A DNA stretch of 64,000 nt from an uncultured Ilumatobacteraceae bacterium (GTDB lineage: Bacteria; Actinomycetota; Acidimicrobiia; Acidimicrobiales; Ilumatobacteraceae), in contig CBFHYI010000001.1 of NCBI GenBank assembly GCA_965660025.1, positions 31,906 through 95,905 on the forward strand, written 5' to 3'. Below are positions 10,673 through 19,485 of the stretch, piece by piece. The notes under the pieces were generated by a model that was not told the DNA's origin, ran no database searches, and saw only the letters and a program-made list of their open reading frames with translations. The position numbers and the translations under genes are program-made. Each line of letters opens with the position of its first letter. Position 1 is the stretch's first letter.

Positions 10673-11386
10673 ATGCCAATTCACTTGCGAGCAGAGCCCG
10701 GCGACTACGCCGAACATGTGTTGTGCCCCGGAGATCCCAATCGAGCCACGCATATCGCGGAGACCTTTTTTGACCCAGGTTGTCGTCTCGTCAATTCAGA
10801 GCGCGGAATGCTCGGATACACCGGCACGTTCGAAGGCCGTCCGATCAGTGTGCAAACGACCGGTATGGGCTGCCCGTCGGCTGGCATCGTGTTCGAAGAA
10901 CTTGCGCAACTCGGCGCCCGTCGCTTCGTTCGGGTTGGCACCTGTGGTGGCCTTCTCGATGGAATGAAGATGGGAGACACCGTCGTTGCGATGAGTGCCA
11001 CCGCGGATGACACCACACCAATTCGCTATTCAGGTGTTAACGGGTTCTCCCCAACGGCAACGTTTGGTCTCGTTCGCGCCGCAGTCGATCTCGCCTCGGC
11101 TGAAGGCAGCACTGTGCATGTTGGCCCCATCGTGACAAGTGGCCTGTTCTACGACCCCGACCCCACCGCATTCGCAAAGTGGAAGTCAACCGGGCATGTC
11201 GGTGTCGAAATGGAAGCGGCGATGATGTACACCGTCGCCGCCACTCATCGCATCGAGGCGCTCGCAATGATGACCGTGTCTGACGTACTCGGCGATGACG
11301 GGTCAACAGTCCGCATCTCAGACGAAGAACTCAAGCGCGGAGTTGACACCATGATGCACCTTGCGTGCCGAATTGCAGTGTCGTAA
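10673..11386 (+). CDS. deoD: purine/uridine nucleoside phosphorylase (DeoD-type PNP/UDP family)
   Basis: 237 aa with PGDPNRA, GMGCPSAGIVFEEL, RVGTCGG and VEMEAA motifs of the hexameric PNP/UDP family. Confidence 0.75.
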   Translation: MPIHLRAEPGDYAEHVLCPGDPNRATHIAETFFDPGCRLVNSERGMLGYTGTFEGRPISVQTTGMGCPSAGIVFEELAQLGARRFVRVGTCGGLLDGMKMGDTVVAMSATADDTTPIRYSGVNGFSPTATFGLVRAAVDLASAEGSTVHVGPIVTSGLFYDPDPTAFAKWKSTGHVGVEMEAAMMYTVAATHRIEALAMMTVSDVLGDDGSTVRISDEELKRGVDTMMHLACRIAVS

Positions 11387-11419
11387 GGCTGATGTGAGCT
11401 CGGCTTACCGAGCATCCTG

Positions 11420-12406
11420 CTAGATCAATCCGAGTTCGCGAACGGCGTCACGTTCCTCAACGAGTTCGCCGGCGGATGCGTCGATTTTTCCGCGGCTGTA
11501 GTCGTCGATGTCAAGACCTTGAACGATCTTGTATTCGCCGTTCTCACACGTGCATGGGAATGAAGAGATAATTCCTTCTGGGACGCCATATGAGCCATCT
11601 GATGGAATTGACATCGATACCCAGTCACCCGGTGCGGTTCCCAGCGACCACGAGCGAATGTGGTCGACAGCAGCGTTTGCAGCCGACGCAGCCGACGATG
11701 CTCCGCGGGCGTCGATGATCGCAGCTCCGCGCTTCGCAACCGTCGGAATGAATACCGAATCAACCCACTCGTGATCATTCACTGCCTCGTAGGCGTTCTT
11801 ACCATCGACCTCACAATGGAACAGGTCGGGGTACTGAGTGGTCGAGTGATTACCCCAAATCGTCATGTTGCGAACGTCGTTCACCGACGCATCAAGTTTT
11901 TGAGCGATCTGTGTTATGGCTCGGTTGTGGTCGAGTCGGGTCATTGCCGTGAAACGGCCGGGATCAAGGTCGGGTGCGTTCTGCTGAGCGATCAACGCAT
12001 TGGTATTTGCAGGGTTGCCGACGACAAGGATCTTGACGTCGCGCTTCGCAGAGCGTGACAACGCTTCACCTTGGGGTTTGAAAATTCCGCCGTTTGCCGA
12101 CAGGAGATCAGAGCGCTCCATGCCCGCCTTGCGTGGCATGGCACCAACGAGTAGCGCAACATCAGCATCGCCGAACGCAACATCAGCATCATCGGTGCAC
12201 GTAATCGAACTCAACAATGGGAAAGCCGAATCGTCGAGCTCCATCTTGACCCCCTCAAGGGCTCCGAGGGCCGGAGTGATCTCCAGCAATTGCAGCGCAA
12301 CCGGAGTGTCAGGACCCAACATCGAACCTGAAGCGATGCGGAAAAGAAGCGAGTAACCGATCTGGCCGGCGGCACCGGTGACCGCCACACGTACTGGAGT
12401 TGTCAT
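11420..12406 (-). CDS. mdh: malate dehydrogenase (NAD-dependent)
   Basis: [28 protein letters not shown]-terminus and IWGNHS motif. I prefer the ATG at 12406 over the ORF-track start at 12439. Confidence 0.9.
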   Translation of the reverse strand: MTTPVRVAVTGAAGQIGYSLLFRIASGSMLGPDTPVALQLLEITPALGALEGVKMELDDSAFPLLSSITCTDDADVAFGDADVALLVGAMPRKAGMERSDLLSANGGIFKPQGEALSRSAKRDVKILVVGNPANTNALIAQQNAPDLDPGRFTAMTRLDHNRAITQIAQKLDASVNDVRNMTIWGNHSTTQYPDLFHCEVDGKNAYEAVNDHEWVDSVFIPTVAKRGAAIIDARGASSAASAANAAVDHIRSWSLGTAPGDWVSMSIPSDGSYGVPEGIISSFPCTCENGEYKIVQGLDIDDYSRGKIDASAGELVEERDAVRELGLI

Positions 12407-12482
12407 GCCTCCAGCGTACGCCCGTGAACGTTGTTTCAACTAAACGGACAGTGGCCGCAAGGCTCCTTTACAGCCGCCAGCT

Positions 12483-14459
12483 CTACGTTCCGGTGATATT
12501 TCGAATCACGTCTGCGTAAAACACTTGACCGTTACCCAACAGATGTATCCCATCATCACTAAAACAGGCGCGAGCGCAGTTCTGTGATTCTGCGAGCCAG
12601 TCGACGACCACAATGTTGTCGCCCTCTGCATCGATCGAAGCAAGAAGTTCATTATTCGATGATCGCCACGAGAGTTCGCCTCGAACGTTCAGCACGACAA
12701 CCAGCGGCACCTCGCTGACAATCTCCAAGAAGGTATCGAGATCATCTCGAGCGATCGGCCCGTTGGTGCCGAGGTGAACGACGAGAACATCGCCAAATGT
12801 TCCTGCGTCTTTCAGTTGCTGCAAAAACTCAAGCGTCCCCTTCATCTGTCGACTCTTCTCGGCATTGACGGTGTACCCACGCTCGCGAAGCACTCCAGCT
12901 GCGCCAAGCATCACCGAGTCACCGATCGCCAAGAATTGAACTGGGTCGCGCTGTGGAGCGACGACAGCGGCAGGTGTGGTCGTGGTGACGACAGGTTCTT
13001 CTGCGCCCACGGGAGCAGGTTCAGGATCGGGCTGAGTGTTTGTCGGGGTGACCTCACCAAGAAGTTCTTCGACCGATGTCACCTCTTCTTCGCCTGCGGC
13101 AATCGATGCCTCGATCTGGTTGAGTTCAAGATCTGCGGTGGCGACTCTGAACCCTGAGAACCCGACGACTACTGCTCCGACAAGCCCCAACACGGCAATA
13201 ATCCGTCGCGTCTGCATCGGCCACGCTTGAGCACGGGCGGCTGTCTCAACCTTGAAACTGCCGCGCCGGATCGGCATCTCGAGATAGCGATACGACACTT
13301 CTGCGATCACACCTGTGAGCACCATCGCCACAACAAATTCGACCACCGACAGCGGTACACCGGCCACCCGCCGAATGATTTGATAGATCGGCCAGTGGTA
13401 GAGGTAAAGACCGTATGACCGGGTACCCAGCCACAACAGCGGCGGAATCGCCAGCACGCGTCCTACGTATGAACGTCGATGCACAAGAGCCCCGAGCACA
13501 GCCAACGTGGCGAGCGCAGTCCATAAGAAACCGCCTCGCATCAATGCGCCGTCAGCAACGATTCCCGCTCCGCTTGGGTCAGCCTTGAGGTAGCTGACCT
13601 TGACGATCAAGATCGCCAACGCCGCAAGACCGACGATGGCGACCACATCAAGACGTGCCGGACGTCTACCCAGTTTTCCTCGCATGACGGCATTCGGTCG
13701 CCACACCATTGCAAAGGCAGCTCCGAGCAACAAACCGCTCGCCCTTGTCGGGGTCGAGAGATACAACACATCGGCGATCGAGAAGCATCGCCCCCCTATC
13801 TGCCAGTAAGCGTCCGGTGTTGCCGAGCATTCACCGATTGGTCCACCGTGATGAAGCAACGCAACGAGCAGCGTGACAGCTAACGCACTTCCCACAAAAA
13901 TGAGCACTACCCGTCCAACACGCACTACCTGTTTGCGTGTCACCGCAATCATGACGAGCGGCCACAGCAAATAGAACTGCTCTTCAACCGCAAGGCTCCA
14001 CAGGTGGCGCAGAGGAGCGAAATCACCACTTGCCGCGTAGCCCGCGCCAACCCATAGTTGGAACCAGTTTGAGCCGTAGAAGAAACCGGCGATGATGTCG
14101 CCGCGTACTTTCCCAAGAGTTTCGGGGCGGAGCAGAGTTGCGACGACCGCCACCGACAACAGCACGGCGAAAAGCGCAGGTAGCAGTCGTCGAGCTCGTC
14201 GCGCCCAGAACGATCGGAGGTCGATCGCTCCATCACGATCATGCTCCGCAAGCAGCAGCAACGTGATGAGATAGCCACTCAACACAAAGAAGACTTCAAC
14301 GCCAAGAAACCCGCCCGGGAGCCACTCGCTGTTGGCGTGATACACCATCACCGCAACAACTGCGAGCGCACGCAAGCCGTCAAGCGCTGGCAAATACGGC
14401 ACTTTCGACAAGGAGTTCGCCTGCGCAGTTGCAGACGTGCGGTCGGAGGTCATCGACAT
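12483..14459 (-). CDS. acyltransferase-3 family membrane O-acyltransferase with C-terminal SGNH-like domain (OafA/YrhL-like)
   Basis: 658 aa. The N-terminal half is polytopic (ALDGLRALAVVAVMVYH) and the C-terminal soluble domain contains FLAIGDSVMLGA. Confidence 0.8.
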   Translation of the reverse strand: MSMTSDRTSATAQANSLSKVPYLPALDGLRALAVVAVMVYHANSEWLPGGFLGVEVFFVLSGYLITLLLLAEHDRDGAIDLRSFWARRARRLLPALFAVLLSVAVVATLLRPETLGKVRGDIIAGFFYGSNWFQLWVGAGYAASGDFAPLRHLWSLAVEEQFYLLWPLVMIAVTRKQVVRVGRVVLIFVGSALAVTLLVALLHHGGPIGECSATPDAYWQIGGRCFSIADVLYLSTPTRASGLLLGAAFAMVWRPNAVMRGKLGRRPARLDVVAIVGLAALAILIVKVSYLKADPSGAGIVADGALMRGGFLWTALATLAVLGALVHRRSYVGRVLAIPPLLWLGTRSYGLYLYHWPIYQIIRRVAGVPLSVVEFVVAMVLTGVIAEVSYRYLEMPIRRGSFKVETAARAQAWPMQTRRIIAVLGLVGAVVVGFSGFRVATADLELNQIEASIAAGEEEVTSVEELLGEVTPTNTQPDPEPAPVGAEEPVVTTTTPAAVVAPQRDPVQFLAIGDSVMLGAAGVLRERGYTVNAEKSRQMKGTLEFLQQLKDAGTFGDVLVVHLGTNGPIARDDLDTFLEIVSEVPLVVVLNVRGELSWRSSNNELLASIDAEGDNIVVVDWLAESQNCARACFSDDGIHLLGNGQVFYADVIRNITGT

Positions 14460-14497
14460 TGTCTCCAGTATCGCCGCTGAAAACGAAACTTCGGCGT

Positions 14498-16015
14498 CTA
14501 GTGGCGGAAGTGGCGGCGCCCGGTGAACACCATTGCAATACCCGCCTCGTTCGCAGCGGCAATCACTTCGTCGTCACGCACGCTTCCACCCGGTTGCACC
14601 ACCGCACGGATCCCGGCTGCAACCGCCGCGTCGAGGCCGTCGCGAAACGGAAAGAATGCATCGCTCGCGCATACCCCTCCCTCGGCCCGGCCAGCAGAGC
14701 GTTCAGCAGCGATACGAGATGAATCAAGACGGTTTTGCTGTCCGGCACCGATGCCAAATGCCTGCCGGTCTTTCGCATACACGATGGCGTTCGACGAAAC
14801 GGCCGCACAGACTTGCCACGCAAACTTGATGTCATCCCACTGTTCGTCGGTCAGTTTCGCATCGGTGACGACAGACCAATGCTCAATGTCAACCGGCACA
14901 TCATCGGTGGTTTGTACGAGCATGCCACCATCTATCGGCCGCAGATCGAAACGTCGACCGTGTGGCCTCTCTGCGCTGAGCACTCGTAAGTTCGCCTTTG
15001 CGGTCAATATCTCGAGAGCGCCCTCTTCATAACCAGGTGCAATCACGACCTCTGTGAAGACTGGGGCGAGCGATTCAGCCATTGTCTGGGTGACCGGTCG
15101 GTTGACCGCCACGATTCCGCCAAATGCACTCACCGGATCACAATTGTGCGCAAGGCGGTAGGCCTCATCGATCGTGTGAGCGCTTGCCACTCCGCAGGGG
15201 TTGGCATGCTTAATCACCACCGCCGTTGGGTCCCCGAACTGATGCACGAGGCGCCACGCCGCTTCAGTGTCATAGACGTTGAGATAGCTCATTGCCTTTC
15301 CACCGTGCTGGACCGATGTTTCCCACCAACCGCTCTCGGCAGATGCCGACGTGAGATCTCGATATCGGGCACCGATCTGATGCGGATTCTCTCCGTATCT
15401 CAACGTTTCAACTCGCTCGAGAGCAAGGTGAAGGGTTGGCGGCAACTCATCGCCACCTTCATCGTTGACCTCATCAAACCAACGAACAATCGCTGCGTCA
15501 TACGCCGCTGTGTGCGCAAACGCATCGCGTGCGAGGCGTGTTCGTGTCGACTGCTGCAACGCTCCGTGTTCACGAATCTCGTCGACAACCGACTGGTAGT
15601 CGTCGGGATTCACCACCACGCCAACGTCGGCGAAATTCTTTGCTGCAGCTCTCACCATCGCTGGGCCACCAATATCGATGAGTTCAACCCCCGGCGCCGT
15701 TGAGAACGGATACAGATTGACGATCACCACATCGATGGGATCGATGCCGTATTCCGCAAGGTCGGCCTGATGAGTCGCATCTGAACGGTCAGCAAGGATG
15801 CCACCGTGAACCTTCGGATGCAGTGTGACAACCCGATGTCCAAGGATTGCCGGAACACCTGTGATCTCCGCGACGTCGGTGACGGGAACCCCTGCATCAG
15901 CGATAACAGCAGCAGTTCCACCCGACGAAAGTAATGACCATCCAAGCTCGTGAAGTTCACGAGCAAGGTCAACTACACCGGTCTTGTCATAGACAGAGAC
16001 AAGAGCAGTTGGCAC
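14498..16015 (-). CDS. purH: bifunctional AICAR formyltransferase / IMP cyclohydrolase
   Basis: 505 aa with ALVSVYDKTG N-terminus and C-terminal VVQPGGSVRDDEVI...MVFTGRRHFRH. Confidence 0.95.
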   Translation of the reverse strand: MPTALVSVYDKTGVVDLARELHELGWSLLSSGGTAAVIADAGVPVTDVAEITGVPAILGHRVVTLHPKVHGGILADRSDATHQADLAEYGIDPIDVVIVNLYPFSTAPGVELIDIGGPAMVRAAAKNFADVGVVVNPDDYQSVVDEIREHGALQQSTRTRLARDAFAHTAAYDAAIVRWFDEVNDEGGDELPPTLHLALERVETLRYGENPHQIGARYRDLTSASAESGWWETSVQHGGKAMSYLNVYDTEAAWRLVHQFGDPTAVVIKHANPCGVASAHTIDEAYRLAHNCDPVSAFGGIVAVNRPVTQTMAESLAPVFTEVVIAPGYEEGALEILTAKANLRVLSAERPHGRRFDLRPIDGGMLVQTTDDVPVDIEHWSVVTDAKLTDEQWDDIKFAWQVCAAVSSNAIVYAKDRQAFGIGAGQQNRLDSSRIAAERSAGRAEGGVCASDAFFPFRDGLDAAVAAGIRAVVQPGGSVRDDEVIAAANEAGIAMVFTGRRHFRH

Positions 16016-16021
16016 GCGAAC

Positions 16022-16921
16022 TCAGCTCAAATTGGCAACGATTTCTGCCATCAACTCGCCAGCCTCAGTCGGGTTAAGCCCGATCTTCACGCCGGCCTCA
16101 GCCAATGCATCCATCTTGCCTTGGGCAGTTCCCTTGCCGCCGGACACGATTGCACCGGCATGGCCCATCTTCTTGCCCGCAGGCGCCGTGACGCCAGCGA
16201 TATACGCGCTCATCGGCTTCGTCACGTTTGCTTTGATGAAATCGGCCGCTTCCTCTTCAGCTGATCCACCGATCTCACCGATCATGATGATTGCGTGCGT
16301 ATCTGGGTCGGCCTGAAACTCGCTCAGGCAATCGATGAAGTTCGTTCCTGGCACAGGGTCGCCACCGATACCGACACAGGTCGACACGCCAATGCCCTTC
16401 TGCTTCAGCTCATACAGCGCCTGATAGGTCAGGGTTCCTGAGCGACTCACAATGCCAACATTTGGGCCCTCTGCGGAGGGCGGCAACGCGATCTCGCCTG
16501 CAGTGATGCCGATATTGCACTTTCCGGGGCTGATAATGCCAGGACAGTTAGGGCCGAGCAGTCGAGTATTCGGATAGTCGGCTAGCAAAGTGTTGAACAC
16601 CCGGGCCTCATCTTGGGCAGGAATGCCTTCCGTGATGCACACGACGAACGACACACCAGCCGCCGCTGCTTCAAGAATTGCTGCCGGCGCTGCTTTAGGT
16701 GGGACTGCGACAAACGATGCGTCGGCGCCGGTAGCGGCAACTGCATCAGCGACGCTGTCAAAGATCGGGATGCCTTCGACGTCTTGGCCGCCTTTACCTG
16801 GCGTCACACCCGCAACGACATTGGTGCCATATTCACGGTTGCGAAGACCGTGATATTTACCCTGTCCGCCGGTGAGGCCCTGAACGATGACTTTGGTGTT
16901 TTCGTTAACAAAAATCGACAT
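16022..16921 (-). CDS. sucD: succinyl-CoA synthetase alpha subunit
   Basis: MSIFVNENTKVIVQGLTGGQGKYH and catalytic-His region MGHAGAIVSGGKGTA. Confidence 0.95.
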   Translation of the reverse strand: MSIFVNENTKVIVQGLTGGQGKYHGLRNREYGTNVVAGVTPGKGGQDVEGIPIFDSVADAVAATGADASFVAVPPKAAPAAILEAAAAGVSFVVCITEGIPAQDEARVFNTLLADYPNTRLLGPNCPGIISPGKCNIGITAGEIALPPSAEGPNVGIVSRSGTLTYQALYELKQKGIGVSTCVGIGGDPVPGTNFIDCLSEFQADPDTHAIIMIGEIGGSAEEEAADFIKANVTKPMSAYIAGVTAPAGKKMGHAGAIVSGGKGTAQGKMDALAEAGVKIGLNPTEAGELMAEIVANLS

Positions 16922-16932
16922 GGTGTGACCTC

Positions 16933-18081
16933 TCAGTTCTTCGCCAACGCAACGGCGGCGCGGGCGGCGTCAAGCATGGTTGGTTCTGAACGAAGTTTTG
17001 ATTCTGGAATTCCTGCGTCGGCAAGAATCTGACGACCCTCTTCAGCATTGGTGCCGTCGAGACGAATCACGATGGGAGCACGAAGATCGACTCGGCCGAG
17101 TGCCTCAACGATGCCTTTCGCGACCTCTTCACCTCGTGTGATTCCACCGAAGATGTTGATGAAAATCGATGAAACGTTTTGGTCGAAATTGATGACCTCA
17201 AGCGCTGCCGCCATGACATCTGCATTAGCTCCACCACCGATATCCAAAAAGTTGGCGGCCGATCCACCGACCTGATTCACCACATCGAGCGTCGACATTG
17301 CGAGTCCGGCACCGTTTGCGATGATGCCGACGGTGCCGTCAAGACCGATGTATTGCAGGTCATGGGTTTTCGCTAAACGTTCGCGCTCATCAAGCTCTTC
17401 GGTCTCTGCATACTCGGCCCATTCAGGGTGACGGAACAATGCGTTTGCGTCGAGTGTCACCTTGGCGTCGAGCGCATGAACCTCACCGGTCGGCTTGAGA
17501 ATGAGTGGATTGATCTCTGCGAGATCGCAGTCACCCTCTGAGAAACAGCGATACAACTTGACGAGGATGTCAGCAGTTCCGTCGAGTGCTTTCTCGGGGA
17601 TCTTCGCATCAACCGCTGCTTGACGAGCGGTCGCTGCATCGAGACCAACGACAGGGTCGATATGAAGCTTCACGATGGCATCAGGGTCGCTCTCAGCTAC
17701 AGCCTCGATTTCGACACCGCCTTGAGCCGACAACATCAACAGATGCTTCTTCGCCGCCCGGTCGAGACTGAAGCTTGCGTAGTACTCGTCTTCGATGTCA
17801 GAGGCATGCTCGACCCAGAGGCGCTTCACAACGTGACCCTTGATGTCCATGCCAACGATGTTTCCGGCGTGGGTGCGAACCTCGTCTGCGTTGTCGGCGA
17901 GTTTGATACCTCCGGCCTTGCCACGACCACCGACCTGCACCTGAGCTTTTACGACGACGGGATACCCGGCGGCTTCTGCAGCCGCTAACGCCTCTTCGAC
18001 GGTGTCCGCTTTGTCACCCGGGCTTACCGGAATGTCAAAGCGAGCAAAGTACTGCTTGCCTTGGTATTCGAACAGATCCAC
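16933..18081 (-). CDS. sucC: succinyl-CoA synthetase beta subunit
   Basis: MDLFEYQGKQYF N-terminus and an ATP-grasp region. It ends 11 nt upstream of sucD. Confidence 0.95.
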   Translation of the reverse strand: MDLFEYQGKQYFARFDIPVSPGDKADTVEEALAAAEAAGYPVVVKAQVQVGGRGKAGGIKLADNADEVRTHAGNIVGMDIKGHVVKRLWVEHASDIEDEYYASFSLDRAAKKHLLMLSAQGGVEIEAVAESDPDAIVKLHIDPVVGLDAATARQAAVDAKIPEKALDGTADILVKLYRCFSEGDCDLAEINPLILKPTGEVHALDAKVTLDANALFRHPEWAEYAETEELDERERLAKTHDLQYIGLDGTVGIIANGAGLAMSTLDVVNQVGGSAANFLDIGGGANADVMAAALEVINFDQNVSSIFINIFGGITRGEEVAKGIVEALGRVDLRAPIVIRLDGTNAEEGRQILADAGIPESKLRSEPTMLDAARAAVALAKN

Positions 18082-18085
18082 TTGT

Positions 18086-18490
18086 TCAGTCCTCTCGTTG
18101 ATCGAGTGTTGACTCCAACCATGAACTGATCGCTTTCAACGATGCTCCTGGTTGGAAGATTTCGGCTACGCCCTGATTGCGAAGCTCACGAGCGTCGGCG
18201 TCGGGAATCACCCCGCCACCAAAAATAAGAGCGTCGCCAAGATCACGGTTCTTCAGTTCTTCCATCACCCGTGGAAACAAAGTGAGGTGAGCCCCTGATA
18301 GCAACGACAGCCCAATGGCGTCGGCATCCTCTTGAAGCACCGTTTCGGCAATTTGCTCTGGAGTTTGATGCAACCCGGTGTAGATGACTTCGAACCCGTG
18401 GTCGCGCAGGGCGCGAGTGATTGTCTTCGCTCCACGATCATGACCATCAAGGCCAGGTTTCGCCACGACAACTCGGTAAGGACGCTTCAC
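18086..18490 (-). CDS. cobalamin (B12)-binding domain protein, methylmalonyl-/isobutyryl-CoA mutase small-subunit type
   Basis: 134 aa. VVVAKPGLDGHDRGAKTITRAL carries the DxHxxG B12-binding motif. It ends 4 nt upstream of sucC. Confidence 0.8.
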   Translation of the reverse strand: MKRPYRVVVAKPGLDGHDRGAKTITRALRDHGFEVIYTGLHQTPEQIAETVLQEDADAIGLSLLSGAHLTLFPRVMEELKNRDLGDALIFGGGVIPDADARELRNQGVAEIFQPGASLKAISSWLESTLDQRED

Positions 18491-18555
18491 AAGATTCGAA
18501 CCCTACTTTCCTAACGACCCGACTCACTAACTCACGGACAAGGCAGACTAGAGAG

Positions 18556-19050
18556 GTGCAACTTCCGCAGTTCAGATCTCCGCTTGCTCGGGCAGTAATA
18601 CCCATTGTCGGAGGCCTCATCGTGCTCACCATGATCGGTCTGTTTACCTGGGCAATGGCTGCGTACATCTCTTCAGGGGAGGTGTCGACATCGAACCGTC
18701 TCGCTCCTGACACGTGGCCCGTCGGCAACGTCGAGTATCTCTCAGAGCTTGTCGCAAACGACGGTCCTCTACTGTTCGCCGAACTCGGAACCGCGGTGTC
18801 TGATCGTTCAATCGTCATCGATCATCAGGGAACCGACCCCCTTAATGGGTGGCGGGTTCGCTGGGCCTACCCTGCCGACCGAGACTCAGACTGCATCGTC
18901 ACCCAACAGATCGGCACCGACATGTTCACCGATTGTGACGGAAGAACGGTCACCGTTGATGACCTCGCCATTCCTCCTGAAGGGGTGCGGCCCGTCGTCG
19001 TTGACCGAGCGTTGCTTGAAATTGATCTCCGAGGTGTCAGCAACAACTAG
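18556..19050 (+). CDS. membrane-anchored hypothetical protein
   Basis: In-frame GTG 18556 preceded by GAGAGG. One N-terminal TM helix (AVIPIVGGLIVLTMIGLFTWAMAAYI) and a soluble C-terminal domain. The ORF-track start (18421) overlaps the divergent B12-domain gene. Confidence 0.5.
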   Translation: MQLPQFRSPLARAVIPIVGGLIVLTMIGLFTWAMAAYISSGEVSTSNRLAPDTWPVGNVEYLSELVANDGPLLFAELGTAVSDRSIVIDHQGTDPLNGWRVRWAYPADRDSDCIVTQQIGTDMFTDCDGRTVTVDDLAIPPEGVRPVVVDRALLEIDLRGVSNN

Positions 19051-19478
19051 TGCTGTGACATCGCGCCAATCAGGCGATCAGCGAAGACCTCCGAGTGGTG
19101 TTCAAGATGATTCCGCTTGATTTGTAGGCCGCCAACAACTTCTGCGCCGGTTTGTCCGACAGCAGTGGAAAGTCGGTCGAGGCTCTTCCCCGCTTCAAGG
19201 GCATACGTGAGAAAGCAGGCGGCTTTCTTGCCTCGCATCACCGGCATGTTGGCAATATCGCCCGCAGCCCACGGCGACTGACCGACGAAGAACAAGCCAT
19301 GAGTCCATGTTCCGATGAGAACGATGTCGGCCGCTTGCACACTCGCAAGATCGGGACGCCGAACGCGAGAAAGACCGGTGATCTCCCAACCTTCTTGCTG
19401 GAGATGTGAACCGATCAACTCTGCCGCGCGCCAAGTGTTACCGGTGAGACTTTCGACGAGTAGTGAGGCCTTCATCAC
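19047..19478 (-). CDS. flavodoxin-family protein
   Basis: 143 aa. LLVESLTGNTWRAAE resembles the flavodoxin S-x-T-G-N-T FMN phosphate loop. Confidence 0.65.
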   Translation of the reverse strand: MMKASLLVESLTGNTWRAAELIGSHLQQEGWEITGLSRVRRPDLASVQAADIVLIGTWTHGLFFVGQSPWAAGDIANMPVMRGKKAACFLTYALEAGKSLDRLSTAVGQTGAEVVGGLQIKRNHLEHHSEVFADRLIGAMSQH

Positions 19479-19485
19479 GCCCTAT

